Position numbers and translations under genes: made by a program. This document shows, one piece after another, positions 51,105 through 63,183 of a DNA stretch of 64,000 nt. Positions within the stretch are counted from its first letter, which is position 1, and every line of letters starts with the position of its first letter. The notes under the pieces are model-generated. The model was given only the letters and a program-made list of their open reading frames with translations. It did no database searches and had not been told where the DNA came from. The DNA comes from Cetorhinus maximus (Eukaryota): the NCBI RefSeq assembly GCF_964194155.1, contig NC_135895.1, forward strand, positions 30,876,001 through 30,940,000, given 5' to 3'.

Positions 51105-53257
51105 TTCTCTCATCCTTGACTTTTTATATTCTTATCCTACTGGGAGCTCCAAGAATGATAGAATATACATTCATGCAGCGAGTCACCATTCTCAAGAAAG
51201 ACATTGTGGAGTGCTGGCAGGCAGTTTGCCTCATCCAGGGACAGGGAAAAATAGCCAGATGATTTATTGCCATGTCGCAACCAAGTTAACAAAAGCTAAA
51301 CAGCAACCTCCAGCCTGCCATCTATGTCTTGAAGGAAAGAAACAGCAGCCCCAATATTTCTTCACCCACCCCTCACCCGCCCCAGTTCCTTTCTGATGGC
51401 TCTGGACACTGACACCCAAAATGAAGTGTGTTTGTCCTGACCTCAGCATGCCTGAATTTCCTGTATTACAACAGTGACTAAACTTCAAAGGTACTTCACT
51501 GTCTGTAGAGCACTTTGGGGTGTCCTACAGTTGTGAAAGGTGCTATTTAAATGCAGGTCTTTCCTGTTCTTTCTTTTCCTTCACAGGCCTATAGCAAGGG
51601 GCCTGCATAATGTTTCCATGGCCTTCAGGCAGTTCTCAAAAAGATCAGGTCAGAACAAATCTGGACCCAGGGATCTATGGAGAGGCTGGGAGAGCAAGGC
51701 AGCATTTAAATGTTCAAGCTTCTCTCATTCCAAACCTTGTCATCCTCAGATTCTCTGATCCAAAGAAGGGGGAAACCAGAAATAAGATCGAACACCACCT
51801 TCTTCTGACGACCCTCAGATGAAGTTGGAGGAATATGAGGTGGAGCTTCGAATGCTGTCTCTCACCTCATGCCTGCTCTTGACCACAGATCTCCCCACTC
51901 TTAGCCATGATAATACCCAGGACAACAGAAAGGGGCCAAAGACCTGGCACCATAGATCTCTGCCTGTATTTCCCATGCTTTCCTATTTCCCGGATGCACA
52001 TCACAAAAATTAGCCCCAAAATGCTGCAACCACAGAAGAAGCAGTTGGAGTGGAAATAATAAACTCCTTGTTTAAATAAACGGCATTAGTAACTTAAAAC
52101 TGGACTTTGCTTCAAACGATCACTGACATGTAGGGTAGTATACGGCAATATAATAACAAGGCATAAAAGGAAATTGGAGGAAGGTATCCTCTTACTATTG
52201 ATATTTTCTAACATTGAATCAAGAGGCTTGAAATTCATCCTGAGCGATGGTGCAAAACGGGCAATAGTGGATTATGTTACAAGCAGCGCTGATATTCAGT
52301 TCCTGTGCAGTCAATGGAATGAAGCCCCAGGTGCTGCATATAATGAGCGGCTAATCTGATATCACCCTTTTTGTGCCACCACCCAAGACTAATTTCCACC
52401 TCAAGATCTTTCAAATTCAACGATACCTGACAGAATCTGATGATCTAAATGGTGGAGAAGCAGATGACAGCACAATGCATGTCTTCTGGAGGTTTTTCAT
52501 ATTAGCTTAGAGATTAGACTACCTGTAACATGTTCTAAATTAGTTAGAAAGTCTTGCAAGACTGTTCCAAGAATGACACAGAGAAACTAGGCAAAACAAC
52601 TTTCTTTAAAAATCGTTCCCATTTTACTCAGAGATGACATTCTCTGAATTCAGACATTACATTATCTGTGTAGCTCTCCTACTCCATAGGACACAGTGGA
52701 AATTAATTAACATATTAATATCGGTGTGAAATAAATAGTCGGCCACCAGAACAAGAACAATACACTTAGAATCAAGCCGTGATTGTGGAAGTGTGATCAT
52801 TCCAACAACACATCAAAAACAATTCAACAAACCTGCATGTTCAACACACGATACTTCTCATACAAGTTTTTTTTACAAATTACCAACATGCGTGTGTATA
52901 GTCCGAGATATTCTCGGTATAGTTTGTAGTTTTTATTGTGTTGACGGATGAATGGCTTTGGTCTGTTACTGATCCCATTGTCTGCAATCCTGGAGCTTCA
53001 ATTTCAATTGCTACACTGTATTCTCCAAGACAGTACATTGATTACATTTTTCTCACGAATGGTGAATCAAATAAAAACACGTCGACTGTTACTCTCTTTG
53101 ATAATCTTAACAACTCCCCCACAATAGGGAAACTGTGTAACTACACCATTGTACACATGATTTTTTTTTCTGTATACTTCCAAAAGACCCTGGTTTCAAA
53201 GGTCTAACAAGCCACATTAAGGCACTTTCACCGGCATAGGTGATCCTAAAATAATGG

Positions 53258-54670
53258 CTAAGCAGTCTTCACATTTCTCAGAAAGTCCAAGACACCTTCT
53301 TGCGTGAGAAAGATTGTCTTTCCATTATTTTGGCAGCTGACTTCAAAAACAGGTGGATCTTCCAAAACCCTCTTCCCTGCAATGACAACGTATGGGTAAC
53401 CCAGACGGCTGGCATCTTTCAATCTCTTGCCTATAGTCAGATGACTGCGGTCATCCAACAGCACCTCTCCGCGAAGCTGTGGGACAGCATCTACTAAAGT
53501 ATCATACAGTGCCTCCGAAAGATCCGTGATCAGTTCCTCCTTACTGCCTTTCTTAGGTGAAATGATGCAAACCTGGTAAGGGGCCAGGAGACTTGGCCAG
53601 CGAATGTCATCTTCAGTCGACAAAACCTCTATGGATGCAGCTAGTATTCGTGTGACCCCAAGGCCAAAGCAGCCCATCTCAGTTACAATGGGCTTGTTCT
53701 CAGCGCTGGAATATGAGGCACCTAAAATATATGAATACTTGGTCCCAAGGTAAAAGGTATGACCCACCTCAATGCCTTTACTTTCTCTCAACTTTCCATG
53801 ACACTGTGGACAGTTTGTTCCAGCATCCATTATTGCTTCGACATTGGCTGCAAAGTGGCAGTCAGAACACATTAAAAGGCGATCCTCCCCAATTTCTGCT
53901 GGCAGCTGGAACTCGTGAGACATTTTACCGCCAATACTGCCTGTGTCTGCCTGCACCTTTACAAACTGCAGTCCCAACCGCTCAAAGATGTGACTATAAG
54001 CATCAGAAACAAGGTTATAGGTCTCCATAGCAGCTTTTTCTGAGACATCGAACGTGTACATGTCCTTCATGTAGAACTCTCGTCCACGGAGCAAACCAAA
54101 ACGTGGCTTTGGCTCATCTCGGAACTTCCTTGTCACTTGGTACAGCATCAATGGTAGCTGTTTATATGAGAGATTACCCTGCATGGCAATAAGCTCTGTC
54201 ACCGCTTCCTCGTGTGTTGGACTTAAACAGTATTCCATGTTATGCCTGTCCTTCAGTCTGAAGAGTTCCTTCCCCAGGAGGTCCCAACGTTCACTGGTCT
54301 TCCACAGACTCGCTGATGTGAGGCTGGGCATATTCACCTTCTGGCCCCCAATGGATTGCATTTCCTCATCAATCACACGGACAAGTTTCTCCATGGCTCG
54401 GACTGTAAACGGTAGATAGTGAAAGCACCCTGTATTAGCTGGCTGAATGAGGCCTGCCTGAAGCATCAGTCTCTGGCTCTTGCAGCTAAGCTCATTGGAC
54501 CGGCAACCCCCAATCACTCTGTCTTCACGGAGATTCATAGGCTGAAACAGACGAGAGATCAATAGACGCTTGGACCTACCATGGTGATAATGGGACTTGT
54601 GTAAATGTAAGAAGTCACAGAACATTCTGTTGAACACTCGTCTTGAATATGAATGGATTGCCATCTCCAT
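53258..54670 (-). CDS. PARS2: Mitochondrial prolyl-tRNA synthetase, single coding exon, 470 aa
   Basis: Uninterrupted ORF with class II ProRS motifs LSPTHEE, YQVTRKFRDEPKPRFGLLRGREFYMKDMYTF, GIEVGHTFYLG, MGCFGLGVTR; basic N-terminal leader; acceptor ttttcctttctAG at 54696-54695; AATAAA at 52937-52932. Confidence 0.96.
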   Translation of the reverse strand: MEMAIHSYSRRVFNRMFCDFLHLHKSHYHHGRSKRLLISRLFQPMNLREDRVIGGCRSNELSCKSQRLMLQAGLIQPANTGCFHYLPFTVRAMEKLVRVIDEEMQSIGGQKVNMPSLTSASLWKTSERWDLLGKELFRLKDRHNMEYCLSPTHEEAVTELIAMQGNLSYKQLPLMLYQVTRKFRDEPKPRFGLLRGREFYMKDMYTFDVSEKAAMETYNLVSDAYSHIFERLGLQFVKVQADTGSIGGKMSHEFQLPAEIGEDRLLMCSDCHFAANVEAIMDAGTNCPQCHGKLRESKGIEVGHTFYLGTKYSYILGASYSSAENKPIVTEMGCFGLGVTRILAASIEVLSTEDDIRWPSLLAPYQVCIISPKKGSKEELITDLSEALYDTLVDAVPQLRGEVLLDDRSHLTIGKRLKDASRLGYPYVVIAGKRVLEDPPVFEVSCQNNGKTIFLTQEGVLDFLRNVKTA

Positions 54671-54789
54671 TATAAGTCCAAGAAATAAATAGTTCTAGAA
54701 AGGAAAACAAACAATTTAAGTTGAAATCCATTCTGAAAACGCAGCATATTTTCAAAATCCACACAACACACAGTCTTCCCAATATTTAA

Positions 54790-55830
54790 TTGGAGGAAAT
54801 TTCTGCTGATCCAGTACTGGTTGTCCGACAAGCAGTCTGATAATTTGGCAAAAGTGGAGGAGTTGAGAGAGTTGGGTGAAGAGGTACAGCTGGATATTTG
54901 TGAAAACTAACAGTGCATTCGGATGATGCTGCTGAGGGGCAGCATGTAGATGAGAAGTAGGAGTGGGTGAAAAGATAGATCCTGGAGGAAATGGTGCAGG
55001 GAGCAGGAGGTAAGCCATTTCTGCTGTTTCTCTGTAGATAGATAAGTTAGAACCACGAGAGCAGTTTCACCAAACAGTGGTGAGATGTTGGATGATGGTG
55101 TGGTCAACTGTGTCAAAGGCTGCACACAGTTCAAGAAGGATGAGGACCGATAATTTACTTTTGTCACAGTCACATACGATATCATTTCTGACATTGATAA
55201 GAGCTTTTTTAGTTCTCTGGCAGGGTTGGAAAGCTGAATTTGAAGGTTTGAACATGGAATTGCAGAAAAAATAGACAAAGATTTGGAAGACGACAACACA
55301 TTTAAGGACTTTGGAGAGGAAAGGGAGGTTGGAGATGGGATGATAGTTTGCAAAGGTTAGGGGGGTCAAGGCTTTTTTTGAGGGTTGATGACGGCAGATT
55401 TAAAGGAGAGAGGTACAACACCTGAAGAGAAAGAGAACCTTTGGCAATATTGGCTAATGTGGGGGCCAGGAGGGGAAGTTGGATTAAAGCAAAATACTGC
55501 GGATGCTGGAAATCTGAAACAAAAATTGAAAACGCTGGCAAAACTCAGCAGGTCTAACAGGATCTGTGGAAAGAAAAACAGAGTTAACCTTTTGAGTCCA
55601 TATGACTCTTCTTCAGAAGTTGGATGTCAGCAGTTTCGTGAAAATCGGATCGAGGAAGCAGGATCTGGCTCTCAAGGACAAAATGAGCTTGCTGAGGGCA
55701 TGAAGGGAGACTGGAAAGAAACTAGAAAAAGATTCAGGGAGATAGGAAGTTTGGCCCGGTGGGCTAGTGGAAGGGAGTTAAGGCGCAGACAAAATAAGCA
55801 AGCTTTCAGTCTGATTGAAATATGTTGAGG
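54790..55830 (-). mobile_element. L2-like LINE fragment in the PARS2 5' UTR intron, with a hammerhead-bearing insertion at 55485-55615
   Basis: ANYHPISNLPFLSKVL..VRNDI..LILLELCAAFDTVDH. Confidence 0.75.
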
Positions 55831-56003
55831 GAATGGCCCCAAGTATCGATGGTTTCTTTCAATATGGGTGAATGGCACCTAATGTAAATTCCAGATCTGT
55901 GTACAAAGCTGCAGAACAGGAAAGTAGAGACTCCAACACAGTCAAAGTCAAGTGACTGATGCCAAACTCTTCCTTCCTCAGTTTGGCAAGACTGTGACTG
56001 ACA

Positions 56004-56890
56004 CTCCCCTCCTTCCCCACCCCTCCCCTCCTTCCCCACCCCTCCCCTCCTTCCCCACCCCTCCTTCCCCACCCCTCCCCTCCTTCCCCCCTCCCTTCCT
56101 TCTCCCCTCCCCTCCTTCCCCCTCCCCTCCTTCCTTCCTTCCCCCTCCCCTCCCCCTCCCTTCCTTCCCCCTCCCCTCCCTTCNNNNNNNNNNNNNNNNN
56201 NNNNNNNNNNNNNNNNNNNNNNNNNNNNNNNNNNNNNNNNNNNNNNNNNNNNNNNNNNNNNNNNNNNNNNNNNNNNNNNNNNNNNNNNNNNNNNNNNNNN
56301 NNNNNNNNNNNNNNNNNNNNNNNNNNNNNNNNNNNNNNNNNNNNNNNNNNNNNNNNNNNNNNNNNNNNNNNNNNNNNNNNNNNNNNNNNNNNNNNNNNNN
56401 NNNNNNNNNNNNNNNNNNNNNNNNNNNNNNNNNNNNNNNNNNNNNNNNNNNNNNNNNNNNNNNNNNNNNNNNNNNNNNNNNNNNNNNNNNNNNNNNNNNN
56501 NNNNNNNNNNNNNNNNNNNNNNNNNNNNNNNNNNNNNNNNNNNNNNNNNNNNNNNNNNNCCCCTCCTTCCCCCCTCCTCTCCCCTCCCCTCCTTCCCCCT
56601 CCTATCCCCCCTCCCATCCTTCCCCCTCCCTTCCCCCCTCCCTTCCTTCCCCCTCCTCCCCCCTCCCCTCCTTCTCCCCTCCTCCCCTCCTTCTCCCCTC
56701 CTCCCCTCCTTCTCCCCTCCCCCCTCCCCTCCTTCTCCCCTCCCCCCTCCCCTCCTTCTCCCCTCCCCCCTCCTTCTCCCCCCTCCCCTCCCCTCCCCTC
56801 CCCTACCCCCTCCCCTCCCCTCCCCTACCCCCTCCCCTACACCCACCCCCACCTTCACCATCCCCTCCCCCCCACTCCCCTTCTTCACCC
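56004..56890. repeat. C/T-rich low-complexity polypyrimidine tract containing an assembly gap (N at 56184-56559)
   Basis: Almost pure C/T (CCCCTCC/CCTT units) on both sides of the N run. Confidence 0.95.
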
Positions 56891-56892
56891 TC

Positions 56893-57030
56893 ACCTCCTT
56901 CGCTATCCAACCGCCTCCAGTCTTCCTAATGCGCATGTGCCGGTTGCGGGAACGGATCGGCACTCGGCTCAGAACGCACCGGCTCTCGAACCTCGGCCAA
57001 CAGCCGGCAAACGGCTGAGTTTTCGCAACT
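56893..57030 (-). promoter_or_regulatory. Probable PARS2 promoter and short non-coding first exon
   Basis: CpG cluster; NRF1-like TGCGCATGTGC at 56930-56940; minus-strand donor GAG|GTGAGG at 56894. Confidence 0.6.
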
Positions 57031-58693
57031 GTTATAATTTACAGCTCTTCAGTTTTACTTCCCAATGAGAAGTGCTGGTGATTTTATGAGAAATGTATCA
57101 CCCCAAACACCACAGGTTACAGGATGAATTGTCCATATAAACACAGCTATTTTACTTTGTCCTCAAAAACACCACTGATTTAAAAACAGAAACTGCTGGA
57201 AATACTCAGCAACCATGGAGAGAAAGAGCCTTAACGCTTCAAGTCCATGATCTTTCATCAGAATTGGGTTTGATTTATGCTGAAACTTGTATTGTGCCAG
57301 CAGATCACTCGGTTTAGCAATAAACTGTAGGGAAATTAGAGAAAAAATTCAAAAGGAAGTGAGGCTAGTCTTCTTGCCCAAAAATTGCAAACTGCTTTCT
57401 TCGAAGACATCAAATTCTGAACGGCATTTCAAACGGAGATAAGGCAAAACTTCACTTCCTATGCAGTGCACACACCTAGAAACTTATTTTCGGAAAATAG
57501 CCTGTAACTTGAAGAAAAGCGCTTTTAAGGGATACCTGCAAATAGACAGTGTGTCAGAGCATCATTTTCTCCAAAAGGCTAATCAAATGTGTACTGCAAT
57601 GTGTGTGAAAAATTGACCTGATTGAGCCACAACAGATTCTCAATAGAACGATTTTACCATTTTTAAAAAAAGATTGTTCGCGAATGTAAGAGGTGGTGCT
57701 TGATGTCGGGTGGCAGCGAGTGAACCTAATTTTGTGTATTTATATAATATTTGAGAGACAATGATGAGTTGCGGCTCCCAGGGACACACACTGAGACAAA
57801 CATCAACTGCAGCTGAAAGATCATCAACTCGGTGAAAGACGCTCTTTGGTCTGCCTGAAACTTGTTGGTCTTCCAGCGCAAAGTGTTGTCCCTGACCTAG
57901 TGTTGCAGACTGGCACATTATAAGGTCCAGAACTACGTGCTGAGGGATGCACTAAAGCTTGGGGCAGTTGCTGCAATGGGGAAAGGTCACTGTCTAAGAC
58001 CTTTCTGCCAAAGTGCACCAAGGGGCTGGGAAATGTATAGACCCCTTGGGCTGTACGGCTCACAATGATTGTCTGCATTGAATACTAATTGTATTATAAT
58101 TGTATTGAAGCACCTCAGAGTGCAACGTGATGTATGTTCATAACTCCAAACCCATTGCACTGTCTGACTGTAATGACCATATTGAAATGACTGTAATATT
58201 CATTGATTGTATTGAAGCACCTCATGATCCAAGTGTAAAAGTTAAATCTGATTGCACTTTTTGTGATGGTGATTTAGAAATGTTTTCTAATGTTCTTCTA
58301 GATATTTTATGAATAAAGTATATTTTTCAAAAAAAAAAGTTGTTGGTCTTGGACAGGGCAGGCTGTGCTGGGGTAGAGACCGTTATTCACCTCTTCTTGG
58401 AATGTGCCTTTGCCAGGAAGGTTTGGAGACAAATGCAGTGGTTTTTGTTGTGCTTCATCCCGAGCAACTGATACAGGACTCTGGGCTGTTCCCAGGGACG
58501 CACACCAAGACAAATACCAACCGCAGCTGATGGATCATCAACTCGGTGAAAGATGCTGTTTGGTCTGCCCGAAACTTGTTGGTCTTCCAGTGCAAAGAAT
58601 TGTCCCTGACTGAGTGTTGTAGACTAACACATTCCAAGGTCCAGGACTACATGCTGAGGGATGCACTAAAGCTTGGGGCAGCTGCCACAAAGG

Positions 58694-58791
58694 GTTCTGA
58701 AGAAGAATCATACAGACTCAAAACGTTAACTCTGCCTTTATCTCCACAGATGCTGTCAGACCTGCTGAGTTTTTCCAGCAATTTTTGTTTT
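58694..58791 (+). mobile_element. 98-bp hammerhead mini-element with 11-bp TSD inside a Tx1 copy
   Basis: TGCCACAAAGG at 58683-58693 and 58792-58802; the insert begins gttCTGAAGA. Confidence 0.8.
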
Positions 58792-61700
58792 TGCCACAAA
58801 GGCACAATGGGGAAAGGTTGCTGTCTAAGACCTTTCTGCCATAGTGCACTGAGGGACTGGAAATTATATAGACCCCTCGAGCCGTATGACTCAGAAGGAA
58901 TGTATGCAGTATTATAATTGTATTCAGTATTACAATTGTATTGAAGCACCTCAGAGCTATGTAGAAAAGTTGAATATGATTGCACATTTTGTGATGGCCA
59001 TTTAAAAACGTTTTGTAATGTGCATCTCTACAACCCCCGTGTCCCTGTTGCTGATGTGCTCACCTTGTACATCGACAAGGATGGGAACTGCTCCAAAGTC
59101 AAAGACACCTTCAGGATTTGGACCAGAAAACGCCAGGTCAAGGTCACAGTCAAGATGGATGGTAAGGGAGCAATCCTCATCCCTCCTTCCAGCTTCAATA
59201 TTGGGGGAAGCTGTGACTACCTTATCTATGCTGGGTAGCCCAAACTTTGTCACTCATGTGGCAAATCTAGTCATGTGGCAGCCAACTGTAGCGCCGTCCT
59301 CTGCAAGAATTGCAAACAGGAAGGGCACCAGACAAAGGACTGCAAACAGACTAAGTGCTGTAACCTGTGTGGCGAGGCAGGCCCCCTCTACAAGACTTGC
59401 TCCTCATTGGTTTTGGCAACCTGTGCATGTGAGGCAGCGTTTGGGGCAAGTAGATGAACTGGTCAGTGTCTCTACCACCAAGGACACTTGCAAACCTCCA
59501 CCCACCAAGGCCTCCAGTGAGCACAATGGGACAAAAGAGGAGACAGAGAGAGACAAGACGAAGGGGAACATTGAGGCAGCAGACTGCCAAACAACTGCAT
59601 TGCCCCCTGAACCTCCCACTCCTCAGCAGAGTGAATCAATGGAGGATGATCCAGCAGACAATCAACCGGGGAAGTGGCAGCTGGTGAAAAGGACCAAAAA
59701 GTAGGGGCTAAGAAGGGACCAAGCCACCTCGCAGACGAGTGGCAAGAGTCATCTCCCATCTGACATGGATGACAAGGGCTGCTGCTCTTCGAATGAAGAA
59801 GGGCAAGGGCGGCACCAACAGAAGAAGCGGCAAAGCTCCAGGGAGCTGGAGGAGACACCCGAGCTCCAGAACATTAGAGACAATGAAAAGACCAGTGCAT
59901 CCCAACTTCACCCTCAACTTGAAGAGGCCAGCGCACCCCAGCCCCAGGAAGCTTGGAGCAGTAAAGCAGTCAGCACACCCCAGCTCCGGGAAGTCGGGAG
60001 CAACAACGGCCCGGAAGGGGAATGGATTGGAGAGGCTTCTCCAACAGAGAATAACTCAAACCTCGCCCCTCGCATGAAGGCCCCAATGCCACCTGAGTGG
60101 AACATCTCCAATGGGGCGGTACGGGGTGGTTTCTTCAGTCCATCCAATGTGAGACAATTTGTGAACACTATGGGTATGCAGGAGCAGACCAAAGGTCTGA
60201 AATTCTCAAAGACAACAGGTTTGGTAAGTGGCAAAATGCTTTAAAAATGGGGATAAAGATTGTATCCATTAACATGCATAGCGTTAAATCTAACGTGCGA
60301 TGTGTTGACCTGGTCATCAGATGTGAGGCACTCTCCGTGTTGCTGTACGTGGCACAGGTCTGGCCCATTCCTCACTCCTGTGCGATGGCGATCACCCGAA
60401 CCATCTTTTGCTTTACCTGGAGGTCAAAAATGGATCATGTTTGCAGGGACATGATGTACAAGCCTCTAGCTAAAGGGGGAAAAAACTTGCCCTACATCGC
60501 CCTCATCCTGATGGCCACCTTTGTGTGTGGCTGCACCAAGCTGTGCATAGACCCTCAGTATGCAAACACCAAGTGTCACTACGTGCTGAGGTTCTACCTG
60601 TCCCCGGTGTTGCGAAGGATGGGTCTGGCCATGCTGCCTCGGAACGCTCCAAGTAGTTGGACCGTGCCGTACCACCTGTCCCTCGTGGAAAAATTTATGT
60701 AGAGAAACACCTTTGACCACAAGTCCATCAGGCAGTGGTCTGCATGTTTCATCCTCGAGATTGTGCAGGAAAAGGACATGGTGGGATCCTGTTGCATGGT
60801 TCCCTGAAAAGACAGTCAAAGTCAATTAGCAGAATGCCTCATCACCAGAACTTTCAAACAAGCAGTGGAAAAATTTATGTAGAGAAACACCTTTGACCAC
60901 AAGTCCATCAGGCAATGGTCTGCACATACTGTCCTAGAGGCCTTGAGGGAAAAGGAGATGGTGGGTCCTGTCGGATGGTTCCCCGAGCAGATTGTCAAAG
61001 TCATTTGGCAGGATGCTTCATCGCCAGAACTTTCCAACAAGTACCAAGATGTAGCTTGGCTGGTGGTGAGAAAGGCCTTCCCCGTCAGATCCTTCCTACA
61101 CGCCAGGAGTCTCACCTCCTCCGCACATTGCCCTCGAGGTGGCTGTGGTGGGAAAGAGGCCATTGTTCACCTCCTTGTGGAATGTGCCTTTGCAAAGAAG
61201 GCCTGGAGAGAGATGCAGTGGTTTTTGTCAAGGTTCATCCCGAGCCGTCCTGTGACACAGGACTCTGTGCTCTACGAGCTGTTCCCAGGGACACACACCG
61301 AGACAAACATCCACTGCAGCTGGAGGATCATCAACTCAGTGAAAGATGCTCTTTGGTCTGCCCAAAACATGTTGGTCTTCCAGGGCAAAGAACTACGTGC
61401 TGAGGGACGCACTAAAGCTTGGGGCAGCTGCCGCGAAGTGCACCGAGGGGCTGGGAATTGTATAGACCCCTCAGGCTGTATGACTCACAATGAATGTATG
61501 CAGTGAATGCTAAATGTATCAGAATTGTATTGAATCACCTCAGAGCGCAACATGAGCTACGTAGATTACTTAAATATCATTGCACTGTCAGAGGGTCTGT
61601 TATGACCATTTTGAAATGTCTGTAATGTTCCTTTGATTGTATTGAAGCACCTCAGGGTGTGACATAATCTATGTAGAAAACTTGAATATTATTGTACTTT

Positions 61701-63087
61701 TTGTGATGGCCATTTTGAAATGTTTTGTAATGTTCTTTCAGATATTTTTTGAATAAAGTATATTTTTGAACAAAAAAGGAGCCATTTGCAGACATTCCAA
61801 GGTCCAGCACTAGGTGCTGAGGGATGCACTAAAACGTGGGGTAAAGGCGCAATGGAGAAATATTGCTGTCTAAGACCTTTCAGCCATAGTGCATTTAGGG
61901 GCTGGGAATTCTATAGACCACCTTGGGCCGTATGACTTACATGTAATATTTACTGCATACATTCAATGTATCACACTTATATTGAAGTACTTCAGAGTGC
62001 ATCATGATCTATGTACACATCTTAAATATCATTGCACTGTGATGACCATTTTGAAATGTTTGCCATGTTCTTTCAGATATTTTATGAATAACGTATATTT
62101 TTGCAACAAAAAAAAGAGCCATTTCTGGCCAAGGTCATTGCGAATCAGGTCAAGTCTGCTCTGGAGTCAGTGATCCACTCTGACCAGACCTGAACCATAC
62201 CTGGAAGAAAGATCTCCGATAGGCAACCATATCCCTGAGTAGCACAAGACTATGTACGGAATAGGGGTGTGGACCACTGCCTCATCAGCCAGAACCAGGA
62301 GAGGGCCTTTGACAGAGTATCGCACACCTACATGAAGAATTCGTTCTCCAAAATGGGGTTTGGGGAGGTAATCCGCAATTAGATCCAGCTGCCCTACACA
62401 AACATCAGTAGCACAGTTTCAATGTGTGGTAATCTGAAACTTTTCCGATCAAATCTGGAGTCAGGCATGCCTGCCCTCTCTCCCCTGCCCTGTTCATGTG
62501 TTACATAGAACTTTTTGCTGAGTCCATCAGGAAGAATTTGTGTATGAGGAGTGATGATCCCCAGCAGTGGAGGCATGCAGGTCAAAGCCTCCAGGTACAT
62601 GGATGACATCACCGTCTTATGCTCGGATCCGCGGTCAGTGCTTAGACTGATGAGCATCTGCAACCAGTTTGAACTAGCCTTTGGTGCCAAAATAAACCGT
62701 GGCAAGAGTGAGGCCATTTTCTTTGGGAACTGGGCTGACTGACCCTTTGTTCCCTTCACAGTCAGGTCAGACTATCGAAGGTGCTGGGGAAACAGTTTGG
62801 AGAGCCTAGGGCATGTGCCAAAAACTGGGAGGAGCGTATACCAAGATGAGGAGGAAACTGGGCATGTGGGACTGACGATCCCTCTCCATTGCGGTTAAGA
62901 ACCTGGTCATCAGGTATGAAGCTCTCTTGGTGTTTCTGTACGTGGCGCAGGGGTGGCCTATACCCCGATCCTGCATTACAGTGGTCACTCGAGCCATCTT
63001 CTACTTCATCTGGAGGTCAAAGATGGATCGTGTCCACAGAGACAGCAAGTACAAAGCTCTGGATAGAGGAGGTAAAAACATACCAAA

Positions 63088-63183
63088 ACAAAAACAGAAT
63101 TACCTGGAAAAACTCAGCAGGTCTGGCAGCATCGGCGGAGAAGAAAAGCATTGACGTTTTGAGTCCTCATGACCCTTCAACAG
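63088..63183 (-). mobile_element. 96-bp hammerhead mini-element with 11-bp TSD inside Tx1 ORF2
   Basis: AACATACCAAA at 63077-63087 and 63184-63194; removing the insert plus one repeat restores GGKNIPNVTLIL. Confidence 0.82.

Noticed and set aside
55806-56963. Long Gly/Arg- or Pro-rich ORFs
   Set aside because: Artefacts of low-complexity sequence and the N gap.
59020-59410. Host ZCCHC3-like zinc-knuckle gene
   Set aside because: Contains an in-frame stop and is followed directly by Tx1 ORF2 and 3' UTR; it is retrotransposon ORF1.
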